Below are positions 36,533 through 46,514 of a stretch of DNA of 64,000 nucleotides, piece after piece (the stretch's first letter is position 1; each line of letters begins with the position of its first letter). The notes under the pieces are model-generated. The model saw nothing but the letters and a program-made list of their open reading frames with translations, had not been told where the DNA came from and did not search any database. The DNA is from Acidobacteriota bacterium (GTDB taxonomy: Bacteria > Acidobacteriota > UBA4820 > DSQY01), in contig JBMFSH010000003.1 in the NCBI GenBank assembly GCA_049967655.1, positions 1-64,000 on the forward strand. The letters are read 5' to 3'. Both the position numbers and the translations under genes were made by a program.

Positions 36533-38428
36533 GTGGAGCGGCTCTTCAGACCCCTGGAGCTGGGTCCCCTCAAGCTCAAGAACCGCTTCGTCCTGGCCCC
36601 TATCCTGGCCGGTTTGGGGGAGGCCGGCGGAGGGGTGACGAGGCGGCAGCAGCGCTTCTACGAAGCCATCGCCGAGGGCGGCGCGGGCCTGCTCATCCTC
36701 GAACCGGTGGCCGTCGCCCCCGGAGGGCGTGAACACCCCAACCAGCTCCTGGCTACCAGCGATGAAAGCATGGAAGGGTTGAGCCGGCTGATACGGGCCA
36801 TTCATGACCGCGGCGCGAAGGCCGCGGTCCAGATTACCCACGCTGGAGCCGCCGCCGATCCGAGAGCCGCGGGCTCTCAGCCCATCGCCCCGTCCGGCTG
36901 CCTCTGTCCCTCTCGGGGCACCTTCGCTGCGGAGATGCGAATCGAGGAGGCCGAGGCGCTCGTGCGGGCCTACGGACGGGCGGCGGCGAAAGCCGCGGCG
37001 GCGGGTGCCGACGCCGTGGAAATCCAGGCGGGGCAGGGCCACCTCGTGGCGCAGTTCCTCTGCCCTCAGACCAACCTCCGGACGGACGCCTACGGCAGCG
37101 ACCGCCTTCTGTTCGTGCGACGAGTGGTTCACGAGGTGCTCGAGGCCACGGAACTCCCGATCATACTGAGGGTATCGTGCAGCCGGCCCGCAGAGGGCGA
37201 CAAGCGGAGAGGGATCCTGAGTCTGGCCGAACTTGCCGGACAGACGGGTCTCGCGGCGCTGGACGTGGCCTTCGGTGACGCGTGCCATTCGCGTCCGTGG
37301 TTTTATCTCCACTCGAGTCTGCCTCGGGAGCCCCAGGAGGCGCTCTTCGCGACGCTCCGGCGCGCTACGAAGTTGCCCCTCCTGGTGGGAGGGCGCATGG
37401 GAAACCGTGCGGCCCTCCAGCGTCTCTTGGAGGAGGACTGGGGAGACGCCGTGACGCTCGCCCGGCCGCTCATTGCCGATCCGAACCTCGTCGAAAAATG
37501 GCGGCGGCACACGGACGGAGAGGTGAGGGAGTGCGGGGGCTGCCTCCAGGGGTGTCTGCGCCACCTGCCCGAGGGGAGGGGACTGCGCTGCACGCTCAAC
37601 CCCTTCCTTGCGGAGGAGCCGCCGCCGCCCGCATCGAGCGCCAAGACCTTTCTCGTGGCGGGAGGTGGCCCGTCCGGTATGGCCGCGGCAGCCCTTCTCG
37701 CCGAGCGCGGCCACCGCGTGACGCTCGCCGATCCGGCTCCGAACCTGGGGGGCATGCTGCGCACTGCCGCCGAATTCAAACCCGCTCTCTTTCACCCCCT
37801 CCTGACACTGGTCCGCCGCCTGGATGCTTCGGGGGTCACCGTACTGCTGGGGCAGAAGGTGGATGAGGCCGCCCTCGCGCGGCTCTCGCCCGAGGTGCTG
37901 ATCTGGGCCGTGGGAGCCGCTCAGGTTCTCCCTCCCATTCCCGGCCTGCGAGGGCAGAAGCGCTTGACGGCCGCGGAGTTCTTTTCCCGCCGCCCTTACC
38001 CGCAGGGGCGCCGTGTGCTCGTGCTAGGAGCCACGAGGCTGGGGCTGGAGGCGGCCGAGAGACTGGCCGACGGCGGATGCCGCGTCACCCTCATCGAGAC
38101 GGGCAGCACGGCCGGGTGGGACATGGAAGGCGTCGGCCGTGAGGTGGCCTTGGCGCGGTTGGCTTCGCTAACGGGAATCACGCTCTTTGCCGGTACGCAG
38201 GTTGAACGGTTCGAAAGAGAGTGGGTTCTCCTCTCGGTGGGTGGGCAACCGGTGCGCGTCCCGCGCTTCGATTGGATCCTGATCGCCGGAGGTTTTCGCG
38301 CCAAGAGCGGCCCACCTCCCGTCCTGCGAAAGGCCGTACGCGCGGTGCACATCCTGGGCGGCCCGCAAGCGGCCACGGACCTTCTGGATGCGATCCACTC
38401 CGCCCAGGCCCTCGCCGCAAGACTCTAA
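36533..38428 (+). CDS. NADH:flavin oxidoreductase (OYE family), paralog of 18451-20349
   Basis: LKNRFVLAP, QITHAG, EIQAGQGHL, CGGCLQGC..CTLNP, GGGPSG. Confidence 0.88.
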   Translation: MERLFRPLELGPLKLKNRFVLAPILAGLGEAGGGVTRRQQRFYEAIAEGGAGLLILEPVAVAPGGREHPNQLLATSDESMEGLSRLIRAIHDRGAKAAVQITHAGAAADPRAAGSQPIAPSGCLCPSRGTFAAEMRIEEAEALVRAYGRAAAKAAAAGADAVEIQAGQGHLVAQFLCPQTNLRTDAYGSDRLLFVRRVVHEVLEATELPIILRVSCSRPAEGDKRRGILSLAELAGQTGLAALDVAFGDACHSRPWFYLHSSLPREPQEALFATLRRATKLPLLVGGRMGNRAALQRLLEEDWGDAVTLARPLIADPNLVEKWRRHTDGEVRECGGCLQGCLRHLPEGRGLRCTLNPFLAEEPPPPASSAKTFLVAGGGPSGMAAAALLAERGHRVTLADPAPNLGGMLRTAAEFKPALFHPLLTLVRRLDASGVTVLLGQKVDEAALARLSPEVLIWAVGAAQVLPPIPGLRGQKRLTAAEFFSRRPYPQGRRVLVLGATRLGLEAAERLADGGCRVTLIETGSTAGWDMEGVGREVALARLASLTGITLFAGTQVERFEREWVLLSVGGQPVRVPRFDWILIAGGFRAKSGPPPVLRKAVRAVHILGGPQAATDLLDAIHSAQALAARL

Positions 38429-38548
38429 GCCCACTCGCGACGCCCGAAGCCGAACATCGGCGTGGGAGAGGAACCATTCGTTCGACGGCGCCCTCGGCCC
38501 AGGGCCGATCCGGTGGCTGGACGCCGAATCCGAGAGCACTGCTTGGTT

Positions 38549-39376
38549 CTATCCCACGAGATTCTTGAGGAACTGGGCCTTCTCCATGCGGCGGAGGATG
38601 AGGCCCACGCGCCAGCGGTAGGTCCGGTTGGAGCTTCCTGGGTGCCAGGCGTCGGGCGCGGGGAGACCGGCGGCGAGCTGGGCGGCCTCCCATTCGGTCA
38701 GGACCGACGCGGGCTCGTGAAAATAGACCTCGCTGGCCGCCTCGGCGCCGAAGACCCCGGGGCCGAACTGGGCCACGTTCAGGTAGATCTCCAGGACTCT
38801 TCGCTTGTCCAGCTCCCGGTCGAGCTGCACCGTCAGCGCGGCCTCCTTCAGCTTGCGCAGGGGGTTGTAGGAGGGATTCAGCCAGAGGTTCTTGGCCACC
38901 TGCTGGGTGATGGTCGAGGCCCCTCTCGGCAGCCTCTTCTCCTGCCATGCCTCCTTGAGCGAGTCCTCGATCTCGCGGACGTCGAACCCGTTGTCCGAGA
39001 AGAAGTCGATGTTCTCCGAGACGAGGACGGCCCGCTTGAGGTTGGGCGAGATGGCGCTGTAGGGGACCCAGCGCCACGCCACCACGGGCGGCTTGCCCTC
39101 ACGCCGGAGGCGCGCCTTGTACCGCTCGATGAAGGCCGTGGTGGCGGGATTGTGATGGGCCAGACGGGCCACGTCGGGCCAAGTCGCCAGTTCGAAGGCG
39201 GCGAAGGCCAGCAGGAGCAGGCCGCAGAGGAGAATCAGGGCGAGAAGCCGCAGGAAGAGACGGCGGCAGCCCGAGGGCCCCGCGGGTTCCCCTCGGACGG
39301 TCTCTTCTGGGGGCGCCGTCGCCCTCCCCTTGTCGGCATAAGCTACTCCCGTGGTTGGTGGCGACCCGGACGGCAT
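38549..39376 (-). CDS. mtgA: Monofunctional biosynthetic peptidoglycan transglycosylase (start uncertain)
   Basis: WVPYSAISPNLKRAVLVSE, RGASTITQQVAKNLWL, RKLKE, KRRVLEIYLN, FGAEAA. Confidence 0.9.
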   Translation of the reverse strand: MPSGSPPTTGVAYADKGRATAPPEETVRGEPAGPSGCRRLFLRLLALILLCGLLLLAFAAFELATWPDVARLAHHNPATTAFIERYKARLRREGKPPVVAWRWVPYSAISPNLKRAVLVSENIDFFSDNGFDVREIEDSLKEAWQEKRLPRGASTITQQVAKNLWLNPSYNPLRKLKEAALTVQLDRELDKRRVLEIYLNVAQFGPGVFGAEAASEVYFHEPASVLTEWEAAQLAAGLPAPDAWHPGSSNRTYRWRVGLILRRMEKAQFLKNLVG

Positions 39377-39487
39377 GGCCCGGGACCCTCGGTTCGGTTC
39401 CAGGGCGAGGCTCACCAGAAAATGAAGTGGCGCCACCAAAGGGCTCCTTGGCCGGCCTTCGGTTGGGAACCGCCGGCGGTCATCCTC

Positions 39488-39841
39488 TCATGGGGCCGGC
39501 GCGGCCTCGCCGGCCACGTGGAGGGTTTCCGGGTCATCCTCCACAACCAGGACCAGGGGACGCGTCACGGACTCGGGGGATGGCTGGGCCCGGAGCTCAA
39601 TCTGCGCCCCGTGGCGCTGCAGCGTCTTTCGGTGCCAGAGGCTGGCGGGGGCGGCGGTCCAAAAGGCCTTCTGATGCGTTTGCGGGGCCTTGCAGAAACA
39701 CTGGCCGCAGTGGGGGCAGACGAAGGTGCGGGCCGGACTCAGGCAGGTGCAGAAGGGGGCCTGAAGGGCGTCGAAGGTCCGGCCGCAGTGGTTGCACGCA
39801 ATCTCGTAGGTTTCTGGTGGGTCCTCTTTCAGGTTGGCCAT
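39488..39841 (-). pseudogene. Cys-rich N-terminal domain plus truncated response-regulator receiver
   Basis: CNHC, CTC, CPHCGQCFC followed by LVLVVEDDPET and a stop 11 codons later. Confidence 0.6.
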
Positions 39842-40322
39842 CTCACGGCTCTCCGGCGATGAAGGGCGACGGTGTCTGATCCCATGGCAATAGAACTCCT
39901 CCATACGAAAATGTCAAGGGAAAGGTTCATCGCATGGGGAAGGCGGACACCTTCCCCGCCGCCTCGCCTTCCCGTCCGTGGGCCCTTATCGCCGCTCCGA
40001 TCATCTGGGCCCACCGGGCTTTGGAGGTGGTCTGGTAGACCGTAGCCCCGCGGCGGGGGGAGCGGGCCTAAGCGGGCGCCCATTGTCGACAAAAGCTCTC
40101 TAAAGTGCTCCGTCATCCACCACTCCATCTCACTGGCGGGGACCGTCGCTCGCGGCCCCTGTAGAGACACACAGCGTTCGGGGGGCGGCTATTCCAGAAC
40201 GCCAGGGCTGCAGAGGCCTTTGGAGCACGGCCTCCACCGTTCCTATTGCGCGGCTCTGCTCCGCTGTATAGCATGACTGGGGGCCACGCCGTAGGGTGGC
40301 GCCGATCAGGAGGAGCCAAGCC

Positions 40323-41441
40323 ATGGAAATCTTGCGTCTGTGTTGGCTGGTGTGGGCGTGCGCCCTCGCCGGGCTGGTTCTGGGGCAGGACGTGCGGGGA
40401 GAGGGGCCCGCTGCCCCGGCCGGAGTACGCCCCGCCGCGGAGGGCCGCGGTTTCGCGACAACGGCCCAGCAGATGGAGGTGGTGGTCCCCTACTGCGAGA
40501 GGATGGCGGCCGAACACCCGGCCGGGCCCGGCGAGGGCAAGGGCGCGCGCCCCGACACCCGCTGGGTGGCCTCGATCTGCCCCCACGATGATTACGTCTA
40601 CGCGGGGCCCGTTTACGCCGACGCGCTTCGCAACCTCAGGGCGAAGACGGTGATCCTGTTCGGCGTCTGCCACCAGGCCAAGAAGTGGGGCCTCAAGGAC
40701 CAGCTCGTCTTCGACGACTTCACCTCGTGGCAGGAGCCCTTCGGCCCCGTCAAGGTGTCGTCACTGCGCGATGAGATCGTGAGAGAGCTTCCGAAAGGGG
40801 ACGTCGTGGTCCACGACGAGGCCCAGGCCTCTGAGTGGTCCGTGGAGGGCATCGTGCCCTGGTTGCAGTACGCCGACCGCGACGTGGAGATCGTCTCCAT
40901 CCTCGTGCCCTACATGGACTGGAACCGGACGGACGCCCTGGCCAGGGAGCTGGCCGATGTGCTGGCGGGCATCGTGAAGACCCGCCATCTAGAGCTGGGG
41001 AAGGACCTCGCCTTCGTCATGAGCTCCGACGGCGTCCACTACGGAGACCAGTGGGCCGACGGCTGGAGCTACGCCCCCTTCGGGGTGGGGGCCGACGGCT
41101 ACCTCAAGGCCACGGCCCAGGATCAGTGCCTGATCCAGTGGTACCTCGACGGCAGGCTGGAGCGCGGGCGCATCGAGCGCCTGGCCGAAACGCTCGTGGA
41201 TCAGAGGGACGTGACGCGCTACAAGGTCACCTGGTGCGGCCGGTTCTCCATCACCCTCGGCCTGGACGTGCTCTCCTACCTCACCGAGAAGCTGGCGCGG
41301 CCGGCGCTGGAGGGGCTTCAGGTCGGGTACGGAACGAGCATCGGAACGGGGTTCCTGCCCTTCGAGGAGGTGGGGCTCTCCGCCACGGCGCACGAGAACC
41401 TGCACCACTGGGTGAGCTACATCGCGGAGGGCTACCGCTAG
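40323..41441 (+). CDS. amrB: MEMO1/AmmeMemoRadiSam protein B family with signal peptide
   Basis: ICPHDDYVYAG, ILFGVCH, EWSVEG..PWLQY, SSDGVHYG, TWCG, HWVSY. Confidence 0.8.
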   Translation: MEILRLCWLVWACALAGLVLGQDVRGEGPAAPAGVRPAAEGRGFATTAQQMEVVVPYCERMAAEHPAGPGEGKGARPDTRWVASICPHDDYVYAGPVYADALRNLRAKTVILFGVCHQAKKWGLKDQLVFDDFTSWQEPFGPVKVSSLRDEIVRELPKGDVVVHDEAQASEWSVEGIVPWLQYADRDVEIVSILVPYMDWNRTDALARELADVLAGIVKTRHLELGKDLAFVMSSDGVHYGDQWADGWSYAPFGVGADGYLKATAQDQCLIQWYLDGRLERGRIERLAETLVDQRDVTRYKVTWCGRFSITLGLDVLSYLTEKLARPALEGLQVGYGTSIGTGFLPFEEVGLSATAHENLHHWVSYIAEGYR

Positions 41442-41534
41442 TGTGCCCTCCCAACGACGGGTTCACGTGCAGACCCAAGGGGGGGGACGCAACCCCACTC
41501 CCCGGCGCCTGGGGGCCGCGAGCCGAGGCGGGAG

Positions 41535-42077
41535 ATGGAGCGCAGGGAGCGCGGTGAGCGGCTGAAAGAGCTTCTGGAGGCCCGCGATTGGGTCGGCGTG
41601 GCGGCCTTCCCAGCTCCCTCCGGCTGGCTTCTGCGGCGGCTCCTGGGCTTCCTGCAGGGCACCTCGCCGGGCCTTCGTTGGCGGGCCGTTCTGGGGCTGG
41701 GGCACGTGGCGGCGGGGCTGCCGTCCGGAGATCCGGCCCTCGCCGAGTTCATCCGCACCCTCTTCTGGTCCATGAACGACGAATCGGGCAACCTCTGCCG
41801 CATGGCGCCGGAGGCCCTGGGAGAGATCCTGAAAGCCAGGCCCGACCTCCGTTCCGGCTACGCTCCCCTGCTGCCGCAATTCCTGGCCGAGGAGCCCTTC
41901 GAAACGGGGACCCTCTGGGCACTGTGCCGCCTCACCGAGGCCGGCTGGCCAGCCAACCCTGGCCTCCGCCATCTCCTGCAGGCCTCCCTCCGCCACCCAG
42001 ACCCGCGCCGCCGCGGTCTCGCGCGAAGACTGGAGAGGCTGGCGAGCGCGGATCGGGTCCCTCGGCCAGAACACTGA
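41535..42077 (+). CDS. HEAT-repeat-like (DVU0298-type) protein
   Basis: RWRAVLGLG..FIRTLFWSMNDESG..APEALGEI..LWAL.RL. Confidence 0.7.
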   Translation: MERRERGERLKELLEARDWVGVAAFPAPSGWLLRRLLGFLQGTSPGLRWRAVLGLGHVAAGLPSGDPALAEFIRTLFWSMNDESGNLCRMAPEALGEILKARPDLRSGYAPLLPQFLAEEPFETGTLWALCRLTEAGWPANPGLRHLLQASLRHPDPRRRGLARRLERLASADRVPRPEH

Positions 42078-42274
42078 ACTCCTCAACGTGAAGGGCTCGG
42101 CGGATCTCTCCACCGGGCCCGTGTGCCGCTGCACTGCTTGCTCCCGTCAGTTTTTCACGGGGATGGGCTTGACCTTGACTTCCTTACTAGTAAAGCTTTA
42201 TCACAGCTGGCGGGAGTGTGGGGGAGAGCCCGGGGGTGCAGGCTGCACCCCCAGGCCGATGGCGGGACCCGAGC

Positions 42275-44677
42275 CTACTGGAAGAGCGGGAAGGGTCTAG
42301 GCGTAAAGGGATCGTAGACCGGCGCCATGCTAAAGAAGTTGGGGTCGAAGGAGGGGTTGCCGGAGGCGTCCAATCCGATGAAGCCGGACTCGCCCAGCGG
42401 GAACATGCTTTCGATCCGGCTGGGACCGGTGGAATCGAACTCCACGCAGTGGGCGTAGGTCGAGCGGTTGGAGTAAGGGGCCTGGTGGATGAGGCCCAAA
42501 AAGTCGTCCGTGAAGTTGATGGTTCCGCGAGGTTGGTTCCAAGGGCCGGGCCCGAGCTGGTTCAGGGCCTGGTCCAGCGCCAGAACGATGAGCTGCTGAG
42601 GGTCAGTGGGCAGACCCTGCCCCGAGGTGTCCTGGAACCAGTTGTACTCATTCACGATGCCGGAGCTGCTTCCCTCCAGGGAGTGCAGGAGCACGTTGAA
42701 GAGCTGCATGGAGGGAGCGGCGCCAGTGGTGCCCAGCTTGTCCGCGAAGGTGAGCTGGAGCATCTGGTCGACCCATGCCTCCTCCAGCACCCAGGCGTCG
42801 GCGCGTGTTGTGCCCATGGCCCACTGGGTGGGGCCGCCCGCCACGAAGTGGCCGTCCCAGTTCTGGAGCATCTGGAGCGCGGCGGTGCGGGCAGGCGTGG
42901 GGTAGGCCTCTACGGCCGCGGTGAAGTAGGGGGCGACGAACTTCCACGGCACGCCGCCCGGCACGTCGAAGTCGGTCGTCGTGGTGGCGATGTTCACCGC
43001 CAGGTCGCGCACCTCCTCGAAGGTCAGGTTGTTGTGGGTGGAGAGGTAGTCGGCGATGACGTGGGCGCGGTCGAAGGGTCCGAAGCCGTAGCCGATGTTG
43101 TTCGGCGCGTTGTCGTAGTTCACGTTGGACTTGTTGTTCCAGCCGGCGTAGAAGCCCTGGGCAGTGTTGCGGTCGGTGGAGCGGGGCTTTAGGGTGACGG
43201 GAGTGGGCCAGTTGTGCTTGCCGTCGCCCGGGACGGGCAGGCGCGGGTCCACGTTGGAGGCCCGCACGGGGTCGCGGCCGGCCATCCAGTAGGCGATGTT
43301 GCCGTCCTTGTCCGCGTAACAGAAGTGCTGACACACGGCGACCTGTTCGATACCCTTGCCGAAGTCGTCCATGCTCTGGGCGCGGGCGAGCTGGAGAAAG
43401 CCGTCCAGGGTGTCCAGCTCGTAGCCGCGCTGGGCGTAGTCCCAGGTGATGACGGGGCCGGTGATGTTCTTGGGATCGTAGGGCATGGGATTGATGACGG
43501 GGCCGTGGCTGGTCTTGTAGAGCTTGAGCTTCACGTCTGCCTGCCCCGCGACCTTGATGATCGCGGTGCCATTTTTCTTGACGGCCCGGGGGCTCTCGAC
43601 GAAGTAATCCAAGGTATGGCAGTGGCCCACCTGCATGGACCAGGCGTGGTGGGGTGTGCGGCCGATGATGATGCCCGGGACGCCGGGAACCGTCATGCCG
43701 GAGACGTCGTATCCGGGAACCTCGATGGAGCCCTCCAGCACGATCGAGGGGACGGAGAAGCCCATCTGGGGACCCGAGTAGAGGATGGGGTTGCCGTCCG
43801 CCGTCTTGCTCCCCGCCACCGCCCAGGCGTAGCTGCCCATGTGCACGTAGGCGTTGATCTTCTTCAGATTGTCGAGGACGCCCTGGATGGTATTGTGCAC
43901 CGAGAGCGCCTGGGCGCGAAGGTCCGGCGGCAGCGCCCGCTGCTGGTCCGCCAGCCGGTTGGTGAGCGCCTGCTCGTCGACCTGGGGCGCCACGGCTCCC
44001 TGCGGCGCGGGAATGTAGGTGAGGGCCGAGGGGTCGTTGAGCCAGCGGAGGTCCTGGAACATGGCGAGGTAATCGTGGGGGAAGGTCGCTTGGAGCGTTT
44101 CGAGCAGGACCTCGTTGTCGAGCTGGCCCGTGGAGAGGGCCTCGGGGTCGAACTCCCGCTGCATCAGGGCCACCCAGGCCAGCACGTCGTACACGGTCCA
44201 GTGCTGGGGGCGCACCGTGGTTCCGAGCTGATGGCTGATGGCCAGGTACTCGAACGGCATGAGGGCGGGATTGGCGTTCACCTCATCCACGCGGCGGTTG
44301 AAGCCGGCGATGTAGGACTTGACCGCCGTCTGTCCGTCCTTGCTGAGCTTCTTGAACCCCTGCTTCAGCTCCTTCTTGCTGTAGCCGATCGTGCGCATGA
44401 ACATGTCGGTGGGGAGCTGGCTGGGTCCGAAGATCTCGGCGAGGCGCCCCGTGGCCGAGCGGAAGTAGAGCTCGGTCTGCCACAGGCGGTCGGTGGCCAC
44501 GGCGTAGCCCATGGCGTCGAAGGCATCGCCCAGGTTGTTGGCCGTGATGAACCAGACGTCGTTGTCCGCCCTCGTGGTCTGGGCCGTGGAGGCCTGCGCA
44601 TTGGGAGGAGGGGAGGCCTGCCAGGGGAGCGCGGCCATCACCACGAGCGCGCACAACATCGAACCCAATCTCTTCAT
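42275..44677 (-). CDS. Exported penicillin acylase family (S45 Ntn-hydrolase)
   Basis: Signal peptide; GYAVATDRLWQ, GRLAEIFG, G-SYAWAV (Ser nucleophile), YADKDGNIAY, WNNK. Confidence 0.9.
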   Translation of the reverse strand: MKRLGSMLCALVVMAALPWQASPPPNAQASTAQTTRADNDVWFITANNLGDAFDAMGYAVATDRLWQTELYFRSATGRLAEIFGPSQLPTDMFMRTIGYSKKELKQGFKKLSKDGQTAVKSYIAGFNRRVDEVNANPALMPFEYLAISHQLGTTVRPQHWTVYDVLAWVALMQREFDPEALSTGQLDNEVLLETLQATFPHDYLAMFQDLRWLNDPSALTYIPAPQGAVAPQVDEQALTNRLADQQRALPPDLRAQALSVHNTIQGVLDNLKKINAYVHMGSYAWAVAGSKTADGNPILYSGPQMGFSVPSIVLEGSIEVPGYDVSGMTVPGVPGIIIGRTPHHAWSMQVGHCHTLDYFVESPRAVKKNGTAIIKVAGQADVKLKLYKTSHGPVINPMPYDPKNITGPVITWDYAQRGYELDTLDGFLQLARAQSMDDFGKGIEQVAVCQHFCYADKDGNIAYWMAGRDPVRASNVDPRLPVPGDGKHNWPTPVTLKPRSTDRNTAQGFYAGWNNKSNVNYDNAPNNIGYGFGPFDRAHVIADYLSTHNNLTFEEVRDLAVNIATTTTDFDVPGGVPWKFVAPYFTAAVEAYPTPARTAALQMLQNWDGHFVAGGPTQWAMGTTRADAWVLEEAWVDQMLQLTFADKLGTTGAAPSMQLFNVLLHSLEGSSSGIVNEYNWFQDTSGQGLPTDPQQLIVLALDQALNQLGPGPWNQPRGTINFTDDFLGLIHQAPYSNRSTYAHCVEFDSTGPSRIESMFPLGESGFIGLDASGNPSFDPNFFSMAPVYDPFTPRPFPLFQ

Positions 44678-44833
44678 AGACCTCTCCTTCCAGAGCAAAC
44701 CATGGCGTTTCAGGTGGCGTAGTCAGAAATCCTGTCCTGGGAATGCGTGGGTCAGTGCTTGTCGGCCGTCCTCCTCTAGAAATGGCAATTTGGCGTGTCG
44801 CAACCTCCCGGAGGGGAGGTCCCCGGTGACACG

Positions 44834-46351
44834 TCACTGCTCCGTGTCCCTCGATCCGTCGAAGGTGTAGGTTTTTGGCTGTCCCTGGAACACGGTTTGA
44901 AGATTCACGGGGCGGCGCCAGACTCGGTGGAGGGCGTGGAGGGTCTGGCGCGCTTCGCCGACTTTGAGGTCCACCCCGTCGTGCAGGTGCCTGAGCAGCA
45001 GCTCGGAACGGTTGGCGTGGTTGGCGTCCACCACCTCGAGAACGGGTTCGCCCCCGTTGGTCATGTGGGCCAGAAGCGTGTTCTTGACCTTCTGGAACTC
45101 CCGGCTCTCAAGGACATAGGCCCCCTGGCGGGGGTTGAGGCGGAAGGTGAAGAGGCGCGACTTGATCACGAACTCGGGGGTGAGGAAGGCATCGAGGAAC
45201 TGGGCATCGTCAAAGGCGGAGCGGACCTCGAAGACCTTTTCCATGCCGTGCCGCTCGCGGGTGTCCCACCGTTCGCGCTTGGCCCTGTCCTGGCAAGTCT
45301 CCCACTCCGGGCCGTGGCGGCCCTTATCCCAGCGGTCCCGGATGTCCTCGAAAAGGAGGTAGCCGAGCCGGTAAGGATTGAGCCTGCCGGGCCAGGCGGC
45401 GATGATCTTGGAGTTCTCATCCGAGTACTCCACGAGCTCCGAGGGCCGGAGTCCCTTGGCCACCATGATCCGCGTGTGCCAGAAGACCGCCCACCCCTCG
45501 TTCATGATCTTGGTGAGGCGCTGCGGCAGGAAATAGTAGGCCTCCTCGCGTACAATCTCCAGGATGTCCCGCTCCCAGTCCTCCAGCGGGGCCTGGTCCA
45601 CCAGGAAGTCCAGAACTCCCCGCAGGGGCCGTTCGGGAAAGGCCTTCAGAGGAGGGCTTTCGGGCTCCGCTTTGCGTTCCTTCGCCGCCGAGGGGGTCTT
45701 GGCGCTGCGGTAGTAGGAGGTGAGGTAGGTGCTCGAGAATCTCGGCCCGACCTGTCTCGCGGCGTCGCCACCCGGCGGTTCCAAGGGCTCCTTGTCCCGG
45801 GCCCGCCAGAACAGCAGGTTGGGATCCACGAGATTCTCCAGAGAGAGGCAGGTGTCCAGGAAGCGTTCCACCCGTTCGAATCCGTGCCTGTTCTGGTAGC
45901 GCTTCACGCGCGCCGCGTGGTTGGCCATCTCGTTCAGCATGTTTCTGTTGGTACCCAGAAAGAAGGCGTTGTGCCGGAAGAAGTCGCAGTGGCCCATGAC
46001 GTGGGCCATCACCATTCGGACGACCACCGGCGTGGAGCCCTCCAGGAGGTAGGCGTAGGCCGGCTGGTTGTTGATCACCATTTCGTAGATCGTGGAGAGG
46101 CCCCAGCTCCGGCTCTTGTCGAGCTGGTCGAAGGCCATGCCGAACCGCCAGTGGGGGTACCGGCCCGGGAAGCCGTCGTAGGAGGCGGCCTCGCTGATCT
46201 GGGAGGGCGAGAGGAAGTCGAAGACGATCTCCCCGGGATCGAGGCCCATCTTGCGGGCGTAGGCCATGAACTCGCGCTTGACCTGCACGAGCTCCTCCGG
46301 GAAGGGGATGAAGTTGAGGCGCCTCAGCGCCTGCGCATCGGGATGCCTCAT
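44834..46351 (-). CDS. spoVR: SpoVR family protein
   Basis: GFPGRYPHWRFG, IYEMVINN.PAYAYL, AHVMGHCDFF, TKIMNEGWA.FWH, NPYRLG. Confidence 0.93.
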   Translation of the reverse strand: MRHPDAQALRRLNFIPFPEELVQVKREFMAYARKMGLDPGEIVFDFLSPSQISEAASYDGFPGRYPHWRFGMAFDQLDKSRSWGLSTIYEMVINNQPAYAYLLEGSTPVVVRMVMAHVMGHCDFFRHNAFFLGTNRNMLNEMANHAARVKRYQNRHGFERVERFLDTCLSLENLVDPNLLFWRARDKEPLEPPGGDAARQVGPRFSSTYLTSYYRSAKTPSAAKERKAEPESPPLKAFPERPLRGVLDFLVDQAPLEDWERDILEIVREEAYYFLPQRLTKIMNEGWAVFWHTRIMVAKGLRPSELVEYSDENSKIIAAWPGRLNPYRLGYLLFEDIRDRWDKGRHGPEWETCQDRAKRERWDTRERHGMEKVFEVRSAFDDAQFLDAFLTPEFVIKSRLFTFRLNPRQGAYVLESREFQKVKNTLLAHMTNGGEPVLEVVDANHANRSELLLRHLHDGVDLKVGEARQTLHALHRVWRRPVNLQTVFQGQPKTYTFDGSRDTEQ

Positions 46352-46514
46352 GGCTTGCCTTCGAAGGAGGCCGCTGGGGGCCGAGATGAGGAGATGAGGG
46401 GATGAGGGGATGGGGGCGGGGCCGTGCCTTCGCGGGAGGGGAGTCCCGCCGCCCGTGGCGGAAGTGGGAGGCCCCCCATCACTTCCTTTCTCTCTGCCTC
46501 GGTGCCTCTGTGGT

